Shown here piece after piece: positions 27,756-40,912 of a stretch of 64,000 nt of DNA. Location of the stretch: contig OZ024763.1 of assembly GCA_964016885.1 (NCBI GenBank), positions 4,898,001 through 4,962,000 of the forward strand, read 5' to 3'. The position numbers were made by a program, and so were the translations under genes. How positions within the stretch are numbered: the first letter of the stretch is position 1; each line of letters opens with the position of its first letter. The notes beneath the pieces were generated by a model. It saw only the letters and a list, made by a program, of their open reading frames with translations. It was not told the DNA's origin and searched no databases. This stretch comes from Eledone cirrhosa. Its lineage: Eukaryota.

Positions 27756-27910
27756 ATATATATATATATATATATAAAGGTAGAACACTGGAAGGTAATA
27801 TCCATAGTGGTAGAGCACTCGGTCCATGGGATGAGTTTGGTAGAAGCAGTTCCACAACAGTTAGTTCACCATACCGAGAAACAATTGTTTCACCTTATGT
27901 GGATCTTCAG

Positions 27911-27953
27911 ACTGAGCTGAAGATCCACATAAGGTGAAACATTTGTTCTCGGT
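27911..27953 (+). ncRNA. Hammerhead-like motif, family D, within a fold-back (about 27857-27970)
   Basis: ACUGAG CUGAAGA UCCACAUAAGGU GAAA CAUUUG UU CUCGGU; stem I pairs, stem II is weak. Confidence 0.55.
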
Positions 27954-28196
27954 ATGGTGAACTAACTGTTTTGTTACTATATATATATATATATAATTTT
28001 CCTGAGTCGGTTTTTTCGTTGTTCTGGTCCTAGTGGCTTGCATTTCGGTCGCTGTCTTCAATTTGCACAGGTGTCTAAACGTAATGTTATAACTCTAAGG
28101 TAAAATTCCTTATTGAGTGCTTTTGGCTGCACTTTCCGACTGCATTCGTTAGCTTGCCCACAACCAGAGCTTCGATTATGCTGTACTACCTTCTTG

Positions 28197-28270
<74 letters not shown>

Positions 28271-28361
28271 GTATGTAAAAGGTAAACAGAAATAACAACA
28301 CAATCGGTACAGTATATGGAAGGGATATATTAGGTTAATGCTTGATACAGCAGGAAGAGGG

Positions 28362-28397
28362 TCTTAACGTTTCGGACGCTAGTCCTTCATCAGAAGA
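28362..28397 (-). ncRNA. Minimal hammerhead ribozyme, family B
   Basis: UCUU CUGAUGA A GGAC UAGC GUCC GAAACGUU AAGA. Confidence 0.8.
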
Positions 28398-28565
28398 ATA
28401 TATGGTATAGTCCGAAGAGAGGACCATTTCTGTTTCCTGAGGGACCATCCATTCATCGTGTACTAACCTGATTTGAGGTCTTCCTGGTCTTCAAACTATG
28501 AATGCTACACACACAGGATGTATATACAGGTATCTTTACAACATAAATAAACACCAAACACTTAC

Positions 28566-28670
28566 CTTAAATTGAATACAGTCTGGTTTACCTTGAAAGG
28601 CATTAGTGATTGTTTCTGGAATGTTGTCACTTGAAGTATCTGGCTTTAAAAGATTCTTCTTTCTGTTTTC
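28566..28670 (-). CDS. CFAP74: CFAP74 coding exon 12
   Basis: ttgcag acceptor, gtaagt donor; ...NAFQGKPDCIQFK marks entry to the first Ig-like (ASH/PapD-type) domain. Confidence 0.88.
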
Positions 28671-29752
28671 CTGCAACTAAAATATACAATATTCTAGAAA
28701 TAACTAATCACAATTTATGTAATAGATATATAATCAATATGAAATATTCAAAAGAATCACTCCCACAGTTCCTTGTAGAAGGGCCAGTGCAAGGTCCCTG
28801 GATCTTCTTACATAGCACCTCACCATCTCAACTCTCTTCTCTTCACTATTGTGAAAAGGTCATCTTAATGGGAACCATTGTGGTGTTGGATTGATTAGCA
28901 GACCCTCACTTCTCTCTCTATACCTCTGCTTTACTCTCTTACCCCTCTCTATGCACCTCATCTTTACTCTCTTACTCCTCTCTCAATAGAGAGTAAAGCA
29001 GAGCTATATAGAGAGGGGGAGAGAGTAAAGCAGAGCTATATAGAGAGGGGGAGAGAGTAAAGCAGAGCTATATAGAGACGGGGAGAGAGTAAAGCAGAGC
29101 TATTGAGAGGTTCATCACTATGAAAGGCCTAAGATATTGCAGTAGTAACATCTCTTATTGTTATCACTGTGACAGGCCTAAGATATTGTAGCATCTCTTA
29201 TTGTGATCCCCTGCATCCATCTCTGTTTCTCTTAGGGTCCAAGTCTCATGTGATATAATTGATATATGTTAGACTTAACATATTGTGGTAGTATCTTATT
29301 TCTAACGCCTGCACCTATCTCTGCAGTGAGGGTCCATCACCACCACCACCACCACTGTCAACAACACCACCATCACCACCCCCATCAATACCACCACCAC
29401 AGAACCAGTGGGGCAGTCTTCATGTAGTTTGCTAGGTATCAAAAGAGCTAATGTATTTCTCAGTGCAATATAGACGTACATTTCCCTCCCCCACCACACA
29501 CACAACCCAACCATGGCTGTCCACACTGATAAAAAAAAAAAAGGGGGGAAACACCTTCTCTATTCTGTCTGCCGGGGCTGTGGGGAGGCCACCAATATGA
29601 TGGACCGACTTGTCACTGTGTGAAGCTGTATTTAACCACACGCCTAGTCCTTACTCCAAATGAAAGACACATGTGTAAGTTTTGCTAACACACAGTTGAT
29701 AACTTTTCCCCAGGAGAGCCAATAAGGGACATAACCCATTCCAAAATCTTAC

Positions 29753-29859
29753 CTTTGACAATTTATTTTCACTTGGTGCATTGGTTTTCTTGAGGAAGTC
29801 ACATTCTTTCCAGAGACCATCAAACTCTGGAACAGCGAAGCTCGTCTCATCCACCTCCT
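29753..29859 (-). CDS. CFAP74: CFAP74 coding exon 11
   Basis: ttctgtag acceptor, gtaaga donor; EVDETSFAVPEFDGLWKE carries the PE-x-x-GLW motif recalled for CFAP74. Confidence 0.88.
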
Positions 29860-30046
29860 CTACAGAAATAGAAATAGGGAGAATAATGGTTGCTTTTCAC
29901 TAAGAAAGAGAGCAATTCTAGTTGTGCTTTTGTGTGTATGCATGTATATGTATGTATATATGCATGTATGTATGATGTGTATATATATATATATATATAT
30001 GTATGTAGGATGTATGTATATATATATATGTATGCATGTATGTATG

Positions 30047-30089
<43 letters not shown>

Positions 30090-30360
30090 ATCTATGTATA
30101 TATTTTTTCTTTTTCGTGGAATGAGAGACTCCTAGTCTCCATTAAGACATCTCTCTAGGAGAAGGTAACTGTGACATAAAACCTACGACTTTGTTTGTAT
30201 CCAATGATGGAGACCAGTTCTGCATTTGGGGCAAATGTATTCGATGTTCAGAGAGTGGGATTGGCCCCGTGCAAAGCCTTTCCTCGCTTAAAAATGCTTC
30301 AAGTTCAGGCATCGCTTAATATGCGACATTTTCTTGCGATTCATGGTATTGCTGGCCATA

Positions 30361-30715
30361 AGGCACATGGCTTAGTGGTTAGAGCATTGGCCTTGCAATC
30401 GAAAGGTTGTCAGTTCAATTCTCAGACCGGGTGATGTGTTGTTTCCTTGAGCAAGACACTTTATTTCACATTGCTCCAGTTTACTCAGCTGTAGAAATGA
30501 GATGATAGGGACTGGGGTCCCTATCATTCCACTGCAAAGTGGTCGTGGAGGTGCCACGGCAAAAAAGCACCCAGCACTCACTGTAAATGAGGTTGGTGTT
30601 AGGAAGGGCATCCAGCTGTAGAAATCAAGCCAGAATCAGTTCCCGTCCCACCCTTGCAAGCAGGGAAAAGCGGACGTAAAATGATGATGATGATGATGAT
30701 GTTGATGATGATGAT
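30361..30715 (+). mobile_element. tRNA-derived SINE with RTE 3' tail, full length
   Basis: A box TGGCTTAGTGG, B box GTTCAATTC, 3' part matches the LINE UTR at 57257-57395; ATAAGG on both sides as a probable TSD. Confidence 0.92.
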
Positions 30716-30867
30716 AAGGAAGCCCCTAGCAGGACTAAAAAGCCACACTCGTGATGCTCCTGTTTATCAAGTGATGGCATTACATGAAATATAGTTGCAG
30801 CCACCATGTATGTATGTCCCTATATATGTATGTATGTATTTAAATATGTATGTATGTATGTAAGCAC

Positions 30868-31277
30868 CACATACATTTAATGGAGTGTCACTTATATTTA
30901 ATGGAGTGTCACATACATTTAATGGAGTGTCACTTATATTTAATGGAGTGTCACATATATTTAATGGAGTGTCACTTATATTTAATGGAGTGTCACTTAT
31001 ATTTAATGGAGTGTCACATATATTTAATGGAGTGTCACTTATATTTAATGGAGTGTCACATACATTTAATGGAGTGTCACTTATATTTAATGGAGTGTCA
31101 CATACATTTAATGGAGTGTCACTTATATTTAATGGAGTGTCACTTATATTTAATGGAGTGTCACTTATATTTAATGGAGTGTCACATATATTTAATTGAG
31201 TGTCACTTATATTTAATGGAGTGTCACTTATATTTAATGGAGTGTCACATATATTTAATGGAGTGTCACTTATATTT
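30868..31277. repeat. 21-bp minisatellite, about 19 copies
   Basis: Unit ATTTAATGGAGTGTCACTTAT and variants. Confidence 0.95.
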
Positions 31278-31431
31278 ATGAACACAGAAGATAAGTTACC
31301 AATGAAATGCCGTCTACAACAGATAGAGAGGGAGGGAGAGCGAGAGAAAGAGGCAAAGAGAGGAGGGGGAGGGGCAGAAAGAAAGAGAGAGAGATAGAAA
31401 GAACTGGTGTTACCAGCAGAATACAACTTAC

Positions 31432-31546
31432 CGAAAGACCGTGATCGTTTAGCCTCTAACTTTGGAAGATGCGGTGAATGTTTGTCGCTGTCGATGGTGC
31501 CCAGAAAACTGACTTTCTCTAACAGGGGAATGGTGGCCTTCCGATG
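31432..31546 (-). CDS. CFAP74: CFAP74 coding exon 10
   Basis: ttctctcag acceptor, gtaagt donor; HRKATIPLLEKVSFLG...KRSRSF; phase 0-1. Confidence 0.75.
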
Positions 31547-31761
31547 CTGAGAGAACAACAGATAGATATAGAAAAGAACAAAAAAAAAAGAGGATCAGCA
31601 TCACCATCATCATCCCACCACTATCACTAATCCTCACAACAACAACAACAACAACAACGCCTGATTTCTCTGCTAGCAAGGGGGGGGGGGAAGTTCGATG
31701 GTTTCTTTTAGGAAACAACAAGAACAACAACAGTAACAACAACAGAAGCACTGTCCTCTTC

Positions 31762-31962
31762 ACAACAACAACAACAGCAACAACAACAACAGCAACAACA
31801 ACAACAACAACAGCAACAACAGCAACAGCAACAACAGCAACAACAACAACAGCAACAACAACAACAGCAACAACAACAGCAACAACAGCAACAACAGCAA
31901 CAGCAACATCAGCAACAACAACAACAACAACAGCAGCAACAACAACAGCAACAACAACAACA

Positions 31963-31993
<31 letters not shown>

Positions 31994-32078
31994 CAACAAC
32001 AGCAACAACAGCAACAGCAACAACAATAACAACAACAACAACAGCAACAGCAACAACAACAACAACAACAACAACAAC
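31762..32078. repeat. (CAA/CAG)n trinucleotide tract
   Basis: Intronic, just downstream of the exon 9 donor. Confidence 0.95.
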
Positions 32079-32087
32079 GTCATGTAC

Positions 32088-32211
32088 CTTGAGAGAGAAA
32101 GAATTATTTGGTGGACTCTTCATTTTCATGGTTTTCTTTCTTAGTTTTTCCTCGATTAAAATCTTCTTGATGATCTGGCACGTGTTCTGCTCTTGTCTCT
32201 TCTTCATTTCT
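32088..32211 (-). CDS. CFAP74: CFAP74 coding exon 9
   Basis: caacag acceptor, gtacat donor; EMKKRQEQNTCQIIKKILIEEKLRKK...; phase 2-0. Confidence 0.8.
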
Positions 32212-33056
32212 CTGTTGGCCACAGAACATGGATACTTTAACACATTTCCTTTGCAATCATTAACCGTAATAATATTCTACGTGTGCTAATGTAGTTATAT
32301 ACCACAGTAGGAGACCCAGAGGCAGACCCCGAGAAAGATGGATGGATAACATCCTTGGGCTCAGCTGGTCTCGCTTGGGGGAACCAGCTGGATTAACTGG
32401 AGACTGTTGCTTCTGGCAGGACCCACTGGAAGAGAGTGCTTGAGGACAATACTCCCATGACCCTCTCACGAATTTCCATCTGTGACCCTTTAAAATTTTC
32501 ACACACATATACACACTCGCTATCTTCAATTCAGTATTTGTGCCAACCCTTACCTATGATCATGAATCTTGGGTAATGACTGAAAGAATCTGATCACGAA
32601 TACAAACGGCAGAAAGGGGGTTCCTCTGAAGGGCTCTTGGAGTAATGTTACTCGATAAAGTGCGTAGCTCAGAGAACAGAAAGTCACTCCAGGTAGAGCC
32701 GCTACTTCTCCGAATTGAGGGATCACGGCTCTGACATTATGGTCATGGGGCCAGGATGTCTCAGGAAGGAATCGCTGGACAGATTTTACAGGCAAAACCA
32801 GCCGGGGCAAGAGACCCTGGGGTAGACCCCCCCCCCCCCCGAGCAAGATGGTTGGATAACATCCATGAGCTTGGCTGGTCTCGCTTGGGGGATCCAGCTG
32901 GATCAGTTGGAGATGGTCACCTCTGACAGGACCTGGCTGGAAGGAGTGTTTGAGGACTCTCCCCACACGACCATCCCAGGAATATATAGGTGAAGAAGAA
33001 CCACCACCACCACCATCCCCCCATCTCCACTACTATACCCCCCCCCCCTCACTCAC

Positions 33057-33169
33057 CTTTCTAGTTTCTCTGCTGCTTCCTTCTTTGCCATTATGAGGTC
33101 CACAAACGAGGTAGGAGCACTCTTCTCTGGCACCAATGGTTGCTTCCTCTTGTTCGTTTGAAGGGTTTT
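33057..33169 (-). CDS. CFAP74: CFAP74 coding exon 8
   Basis: ttctgtag acceptor, gtgagt donor; KTLQTNKRKQPLVPEKSAPTSFVDLIMAKKEAAEKLE; phase 0-2. Confidence 0.8.
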
Positions 33170-33590
33170 CTACAGAAAAACAATAATAAGGGACTTAGGC
33201 ACAAGGTCAGCAATTTCTTTTTTTTTTTTTTGGAGGGGGTGGTGGTGGTGAGGGGATCTATTAAATCCACTCCAGGGCATTACTGGTACTTTATTTTATT
33301 TTGCAGAATAATGATAAAGACAACATTGAAATGACCAAGGGTTTGCCTCTGTGGGAGACGAGGAGCACTAAAATCTAGTAACAGTTATGTAATAGAGGTG
33401 GTAGTAATAGTAGCAGTAATAGTAGTAGTAGTAGTAATAGTAGTAGTAGCAGTAGCAACACCAGTAGTAGTAGTAGTAGTAGTGGTAGTAGCGGCAGCAG
33501 CAGTAGTACTAGTAGCAGCAGCAGTAGTACTAGTAGTAGTAGCAGTAGTAGTACTACTAGTAGTATCAGTAGTGGTGGTTGTATACTTAC

Positions 33591-33690
33591 ATTAGTATCA
33601 ATAGATTCCTTCAGTTTCAGAACTGCCTCCATTCTTTGTTTCATGTAAGTGGTATATTCTTCCTTGGTTTTCTGTTCATTTTCTTGGATC
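33591..33690 (-). CDS. CFAP74: CFAP74 coding exon 7
   Basis: ttttcag acceptor, gtaagt donor; IQENEQKTKEEYTTYMKQRMEAVLKLKESIDTN resembles the recalled vertebrate CFAP74 segment YMRRRMDAVVALKGSI. Confidence 0.9.
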
Positions 33691-33900
33691 CTGAAAATAT
33701 ACTTTTCTTGTTAGGAAGGGCCTCCAGCTGTAGGAACGAAGCCGAAATACAGATCTGTATGAGCAAGACACAGCCATCTTATCTGGCTTGGCTCACAACA
33801 GGACAACCCTTCTAAGCCATGATAGCATGGAAAAATAGACATTACATGATGATGATAAAGATTATAGAAGATTTACATTTTGGATGCGGCTATAACTTAC

Positions 33901-34011
33901 TTTGATAAAGTTTCTTTCAAAAATACGTTTGCCTTCTTGTAAGCCTCCTTTGAATGTCCAATAGTCTCTTTGATTCTCAATTGCTCTTGCTTTATTTTTT
34001 CCATGTCTTCA
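33901..34011 (-). CDS. CFAP74: CFAP74 coding exon 6
   Basis: ttctcag acceptor, gtaagt donor; EDMEKIKQEQLRIKETIGHSKEAYKKANVFLKETLS; 111 nt. Confidence 0.85.
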
Positions 34012-34295
34012 CTGAGAATAAGAGAAAGTTGATACATGTATGGTATGAACACTATACAGACAATGCATATAAAATTGAAAAATTATATATATACACACAC
34101 GCATTTATATATATATATATATGTGTGTGTGTGAGAAGGCTCTGGATTGGATTGGGGTTGATACAATCAACTAAAATCCATGAAAAGGTAGCCCCAACAA
34201 CGCATGCAGGGAGATGAATGAAACCTGGGATAAAAAAATAAAGACATCAGGAAAGTAAAACAAAAAAAGAAATGCCAAACCCCACCAAAACTTAC

Positions 34296-34466
34296 TGTAG
34301 TTTTTTCTCTTTTGCTTTCTTTTTTCTCAGTGCTTTTTCCTCTTCAATGAAGAGATTGACTTGCGTTGTCTTAGCTTGTTGTTTTACTACTTCATTTTCT
34401 TCAAGCAAAAACTGTTTGTCAAGTAAAAACTCGTTTCTTTTCAATTCTGCTGAAACCACAGACTTT
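34296..34466 (-). CDS. CFAP74: CFAP74 coding exon 5
   Basis: tttttcag acceptor, gtaagt donor; KSVVSAELKRNEFLLDKQ...EKALRKKKAKEKKL; 171 nt. Confidence 0.85.
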
Positions 34467-34684
34467 CTGAAAAATACCAATTATTTCACACATTATAAAT
34501 ATACACAGAGTATGTATGGTCCCGTAACTGCTGATAGAGTCGTAGGGGTGCAGTATTGACATACAGCTTTCCAAGGGCATTTTTATGCCTGGCAGAGCCA
34601 ATCCCTCCCCAGGTCTGATTACAGCAGATTTCTTCCAGAGAAAGATAGAAAGTGAGAGAGGAAATAAGAAAGAGATATAGAGGA

Positions 34685-34832
34685 AGAATCAACCCCAGTA
34701 CTTGACTGGTACTTTTTATATCCACCGCAAAAGGATGAAAGGCAAAGTTGACCTCAGCGGGATTTGAAGACAGAGAGCAGAGAGCGGTGAAGACTACCAT
34801 AGAGCATTCTATCTGATGTTCTAAAAACTCAT
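34685..34832 (-). mobile_element. Second, older tRNA-related SINE family (relatives about 42420-42570, 47280-47382, 39897-39965)
   Basis: Shared core GGATGAAAGGCAAAGTTGACCTC..CGGGATTTGAA and ACTGGTACTTT. Confidence 0.65.
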
Positions 34833-35439
34833 ACACAGGATATGCCCATAAAATATATACACTTCTTCAGGAAAAGAAACATTTGTATAAATATTTTAAT
34901 ATTAATTTTTCTACAGTACACTGTGTTATTGTAATTTGATCAAACTTTCAAAATAGCTATTTATATATATATTTATAGAGATATTTATATATATATTTAT
35001 ATATATATTTATAGATATATTTATAGATATATTTATAGATATATTTATAGATATTTATATATATTTATATATATATTTATATATATATTTATAGAGATAT
35101 TTATATATATATTTATATATATATTTATATATATATTTATATATATATTTATATATATATTTATATATATATTTATATATATATTTATAGAGATATTTAT
35201 ATATATATTTATATATATATTTATATATATATTTATAGATATTTATATATATATTTATATAGATATTTATATATATATTTATATATATATTTACAGAGAT
35301 ATTTATATATATATTTATATATCTTACACCTCTCCAAGACAATGTCACTGGACCGAGACCTTTGGCGGTACTCAGTAACAGAGAAGACCCGCCTTACCTA
35401 AATATATAGTAAAACCTACTCCAGCCAGTAGGCATCTCT

Positions 35440-35800
35440 AACAAAATACACCCCGTCCCACCACCACCACTCCCACCTCCATCCACACCACCCCGTTCTA
35501 TGTAAAGTTATGTTGGTGCCGCGCCATCGAGGCCGAAACAAATGAGATCGTGTAGGTGTCACGACAAAAAAACACAGTCCACGCTGTAATGTGGCCGTGT
35601 AGGCAACACAGTAAAAACCTCCCAGACCCACACTGTAAATGTGGTTGGTGTTAGGAAGGGCATCCAACTGTAGAAAACCTGCCAGACAGTCCTATGCGAG
35701 CAAGACAATCACTCTTGCCTCAAGTGGGACTACCCCCGTCCAAACCCATGCAAGCGTGGAACACGGACGTTAAACGTTGATGATGATGATGATGATGATA
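35440..35800 (+). mobile_element. RTE 3' UTR fragment with (GAT)n tail (relatives 62895-63157, 33711-33857)
   Basis: GTTAGGAAGGGCATCCA...CCCATGC..GCGTGGAA...GGACGTTAAACG(ATG)n, as in the LINE at 57.4 kb. Confidence 0.8.
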
Positions 35801-36422
35801 TATATTTATAGATATTTATATATATATTTATAGAGACATTTATATATATATTTATATATATATTTATATATATATTTATATATATATTTATATATATATT
35901 TATAGAGGTATTTATATATATATTTATATATATATTTATAGAGATATTTATATATATATTTAGAGATATTTATATATATATTTGTATATATATTTTTATA
36001 TATATTTATATATATATTTATAGAGATATTTAAACAACTTAAATATTTATACAAGTTTGTTTCTTTTCTTGAAGTGTGTATACATTTCTTGGCAGACTGT
36101 ATATACAGTGTGTAATGACAAGTGTAAAAAAAGTTTGGTTCTTATTAAGTTTTCTTGACATTCTTATGTTTCACATGTTATAAATAAGTTAAGGGCTGAC
36201 ACACTTTGCATATAAGGTGGTGGTGGTGTTGATGTTGATAATGATGTTGAGTGGGGTTCTTCTCTGAAGACCTTCTGCTGTCCAGCTCTCCTGAGAGTTT
36301 CTTACCACTATATACAACGGGAGAGTCCATCATATATGTGTGTTACATATATAATCATCATCATCAGCATCTTCGTTTAACGTCCATTTTCCACGCTAGC
36401 ATGGATATATACATACATATAC

Positions 36423-36469
<47 letters not shown>

Positions 36470-36559
36470 CACATATATATATATACATATATATATATAT
36501 ACATATATATACATATACATATATATACATACATACATATATATACATACATACATCAT

Positions 36560-36896
36560 CATTCATCATTTCATTTTACGTCCGCTTTTCCCTGCTTGCA
36601 AGGGTGGGACGGGAACTGATTTTGGCTTGATTTCTACAGCTGGATGCCCTTCCTAACACCAACCTCATTTACAGTGAGTGCTGGGTGCTTTTTTGCCGTG
36701 GCACCTCCACGACCACTTTGCAGTGGAATGATAGGGACCCCAGTCCCTATCATCTCATTTCTACAGCTGAGTAAACTGGAGCAATGTGAAATAAAGTGTC
36801 TTGCTCAAGGAAACAACACATCACCCGGTCTGAGAATTGAACTCACAACCTTTCGATTGCAAGGCCAATGCTCTAACCACTAAGCCATGTGCCTCC
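36560..36896 (-). mobile_element. Same SINE family, full length
   Basis: Reverse complement of the 30361 copy. Confidence 0.92.
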
Positions 36897-36928
36897 ACAT
36901 ATATATATATATACATACATACATATAT

Positions 36929-36974
<46 letters not shown>

Positions 36975-37210
36975 ACATACATACATATATATATATATAC
37001 ATATATATACATACATACATATATATATATATACATATATATACATACATACATATATATATATATACATATATATACATACATACATATATATATATAC
37101 ATATATATACATACATACATATATATATATATATACATATATATACATACATACATATATATATATATACATATATATACATACATACATATATATATAT
37201 ATACATATAT

Positions 37211-37282
<72 letters not shown>

Positions 37283-37869
37283 GTGTATTTTTTTTTGTGT
37301 CTCTGTTTGCGCATGTGTATCTGTATATGTGTACATATATATATGCATATATATATAATTATATATATATGCATATATACATGTACACATATACAGATAC
37401 ACATGCGCAAACAGTGACGCAAAAAAAAATAGAACAGACATTATAATATAATGGGAGGAAACATAATAGTACTACTGATGATGTTACAGATGTGTGATGA
37501 AAGAACTTTGGTAGACTATATATATATATTTATATCTATATTTTTTAACCATTGGTCAATCAATGATAAACATTGATTTCCAGATAAATTAACTGTGCAG
37601 ATATAAAAGATACAGAAGTGAAAACCAACCCAAACCAAACAGTGAGTGTGTCTTGTTATTATTTCTGGCAATATTATAACAATATGACCCTCCCCAAATA
37701 TAACAATATATATATATGTGTGTACATTTCTATATATGTGTGTGTGTGGGTGTTCTTGAGTTGTTGATGGGAAAATATGTACACTATAGCATATGTGTAC
37801 ACACAGACCATGACAAATTAGGTATATGAATGACTGCAGTAGCGTTCTGTATATGTATGTATGCTCTAG

Positions 37870-39460
37870 TATTAAACTGCGTATGTATATGTCTATGTAT
37901 GTGTGCCAGTGTGTGTATGTAGAAGTACTAAACTGTGTATGTGTGTGTGCCAGTGTGTGTGTAGAAGTACTAAACTGTGTATGTGTGTGTGTACAGTAGT
38001 ACTAAACTGTGTGTGTTTGTGTGTTTGTGTGCCAGTGTGTATGTAGTAGTACTAAACTGTGTATGTGTGTGTGTGTGTGTGCAGTAGTACTCAACTGTGT
38101 GTGTGTGTGTGCCAGTGTGTGTGTAGAAGTACTAAACTGTGTATGTGTGTGTGTGCAGTAGTACTAAACTGTGTGTTTGTGTGTTTGTGTGCCAGTGTGT
38201 ATGTAGAAGTACTAAACTGTGTATGTGTGTGTGTACAGTAGTACTAAACTGTGTGTGTTTGTGTGTTTGTGTGCCAGTGTGTATGTAGTAGTACTAAACT
38301 GTGTATGTGTGTGTGTGTGTGCAGTAGTACTCAACTGTGTGTGTGTGTGTGCCAGTGTGTGTGTAGAAGTACTAAACTGTGTATGTGTGTGTGTACAGTA
38401 GTACTAAACTGTGTGTGTTTGTGTGTTTGTGTGCCAGTGTGTATGTAGTATTACTAAACTGTGTATGTGTGTGTGTGTGTGTGCAGTAGTACTCAACTGT
38501 GTGTGTTTGTGTGCCAGTGTGTATGTAGTAGTACTAAACTGTGTATGTGTGTGTGTGTGTGTGCAGTAGTTCTCAACTGTGTGTGTGTGTGTGCCAGTGT
38601 GTGTGTAGAAGTACTAAACTGTGTATGTGTGTGTGTACAGTAGTACTAAACTGTGTGTGTTTGTGTGTTTGTGTGCCAGTGTGTATGTAGTAGTACTAAA
38701 CTGTGTATCTGTGTGTGCCAGTGTGTGTGTAGAAGTACTAAACTGTGTATGTGTGTGTGTGCAGTAGTACTAAACTGTGTGTTTGTGTGTTTGTGTGCCA
38801 GTGTGTATGTAGTAGTACTAAACTGTGTATGTGTGTGTGTGTGTGCAGTAGTACTCAACTGTGTGTGTTTGTGTGCCAGTGTGTATGTAGTAGTACTAAA
38901 CTGTGTATGTGTGTGTGTGCAGTAGTACTCAACTGTGTGTGTGTGTGTGCCAGTGTGTGTGTAGAAGTACTAAACTGTGTATGTGTGTGTGTACAGTAGT
39001 ACTAAACTGTGTGTGTTTGTGTGTTTGTGTGCCAGTGTGTATGTAGTAGTACTAAACTGTGTATCTGTGTGTGCCAGTGTGTGTGTAGAAGTACTAAACT
39101 GTGTATGTGTGTGTGTGCAGTAGTACTAAACTGTGTGTTTGTGTGCCAGTGTGTATGTAGTAGTACTAAACTGTGTATGTGTGTGTGTGTGTGCAGTAGT
39201 ACTCAACTGTGTGTGTTTGTGTGCCAGTGTGTATGTAGAAGTACTAAACTGTGTATGTGTCTCAGTGTGTGTGTGCAGTAGTACTAAACTGTGTGTGTTT
39301 GTGTGCCAGTGTGTATGTAGAAGTACTAAACTGTGTATGTGTCTCAGTGTGTGTGTGTGCAGTAGTACTAAACTGTGTGTGTTTGTGTGCCAGTGTGTAT
39401 GTAGAAGTACTAAACTGTGTATGTGTCTCAGTGTGTGTGTGTGAAGTAGTATTAAGCTGT
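37870..39460. repeat. Compound (GT)n satellite punctuated by AGTAGTACTAAACT
   Basis: Variable units of about 30-45 bp with recurring higher-order blocks. Confidence 0.92.
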
Positions 39461-40358
39461 ATGTATGTGTATATGTGTCAGTGACGTCACCATATATTCC
39501 TGACATATGTTTCAATTGAAACACAATCACAGCTTTGATGCAGAGTTTGTTGACCAGAACCTGTGTGAAGAAGCTGAGAAGAAAGCTGAGAAAAGCTGAC
39601 TTAAGATAAATAACCAAGACATTCGGTTCCTCTTACCAAAAGAAAAATAAAACACTACAAAATGACTAAAAAAAAAAACACAAAAAAAATCTAAAAAATA
39701 AAAAACCATGTTCCCACAAATTATTATTATTATGTTTATCATCATCATCATCATCATATTATTATTATTATTATTGAATAAATAAATAGAGACAGAACAT
39801 TATTAGAGAACATTGTGAAATGATAATTCTGCCTTTCTCATTGGCGTATGTCATATAATCTAGATTATATATATATATATAAACATATATATATAATTGT
39901 TTCTACTTTTGGCACAAGGCCAGCAATTACCCAGTGCATTACTGGTACTTTATTTTATCTATCTGACACTGAGTGTGTTGAGACTAAAGTGTGTAAGAAT
40001 CATTTTAGCCAGAGTTGTACATGTCTGGCAGGTGACTTGATCTGAGACCAAAGAATTAAAAATACCAAAAAGACTTTTAAAAACTGTTATTTTCATTTTT
40101 GATTTATCTTATGGTGTAAAAATTTGTGTCAGACTCTTAATGATCTGGTCATTTAGTGACCACTCCACTTGTAATGGAATTCTGTTAGTGCTCAGGTCAC
40201 AAGGAGAGTGACGAAAATTGCAACACCACAGGATAAATGAATAAATGAATAAATGAACAGGAAATTTATAGCATTGTACATACACAATTAAGTAAGAGAG
40301 ATATAAGAATATTTACTTTCTCTCTGTCTCTCTCTCTCTCCAAAGACACCTCACTCAC

Positions 40359-40463
40359 CTGGAATCCTCCAGCATCTCACTGATCTTCTTGTTCAGATTA
40401 TTCTCCAACTCTATTTCTTCACAGATACGTTTCAGTTTCATCTGAAGTCTGCTGGTCAAAGGT
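40359..40463 (-). CDS. CFAP74: CFAP74 coding exon 4
   Basis: ctgccag acceptor, gtgagt donor; PLTSRLQMKLKRICEEIELENNLNKKISEMLEDS; 105 nt. Confidence 0.85.
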
Positions 40464-40740
40464 CTGGCAGGGAGGAAAGAAAAGAAAAAGCATCAATTTT
40501 AATTAATCCAGTGGTCAAATGACTCTACCAAGTTCATACATGACATGATGAAAAGTACCAAGTCCACTCGGGTAAAGTGGTCATGTTGGTGGCACGATGA
40601 AACACTACCCAGTCAAACCAGTAAGGGGGTTATGTTGGTGACATATGTGTGTTTATGTTTGTGTATGTATATATAATGGACCTGTTATTTTTATCTAAAG
40701 ACATTTTTTCCAATTCCAACCCACCCGTCCCCTCATTCTT

Positions 40741-40776
40741 TCTTCTGATGAAGGACTAACGTCCGAAATGTTAAGA
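40741..40776 (+). ncRNA. Minimal hammerhead ribozyme, family B, second copy
   Basis: UCUU CUGAUGA A GGAC UAAC GUCC GAAAUGUU AAGA; downstream sequence homologous to 28270-28360. Confidence 0.7.
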
Positions 40777-40860
40777 CTCTCTTCCTGCTATATCAAGCGT
40801 TAACCTAATATATCCCTTCCATATACTGTACTGATTGTGTTGTTATTTCTGTTTAACTTT

Positions 40861-40909
<49 letters not shown>

Positions 40910-40912
<3 letters not shown>

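Noticed and set aside
30361-30432. tRNA gene (also 48527-48600)
   Set aside because: A and B boxes are SINE heads that continue into SINE body sequence; no convincing cloverleaf.
31449-32243. Poly-Val/poly-Leu or poly-Gln protein
   Set aside because: Intronic (CAA/CAG)n; only 32088-32211 and 31432-31546 are exonic.
39527-39600. Extra minus-strand CFAP74 exon
   Set aside because: In the required phase it hits TGA after 10 codons; exons 4 and 5 already join in phase.
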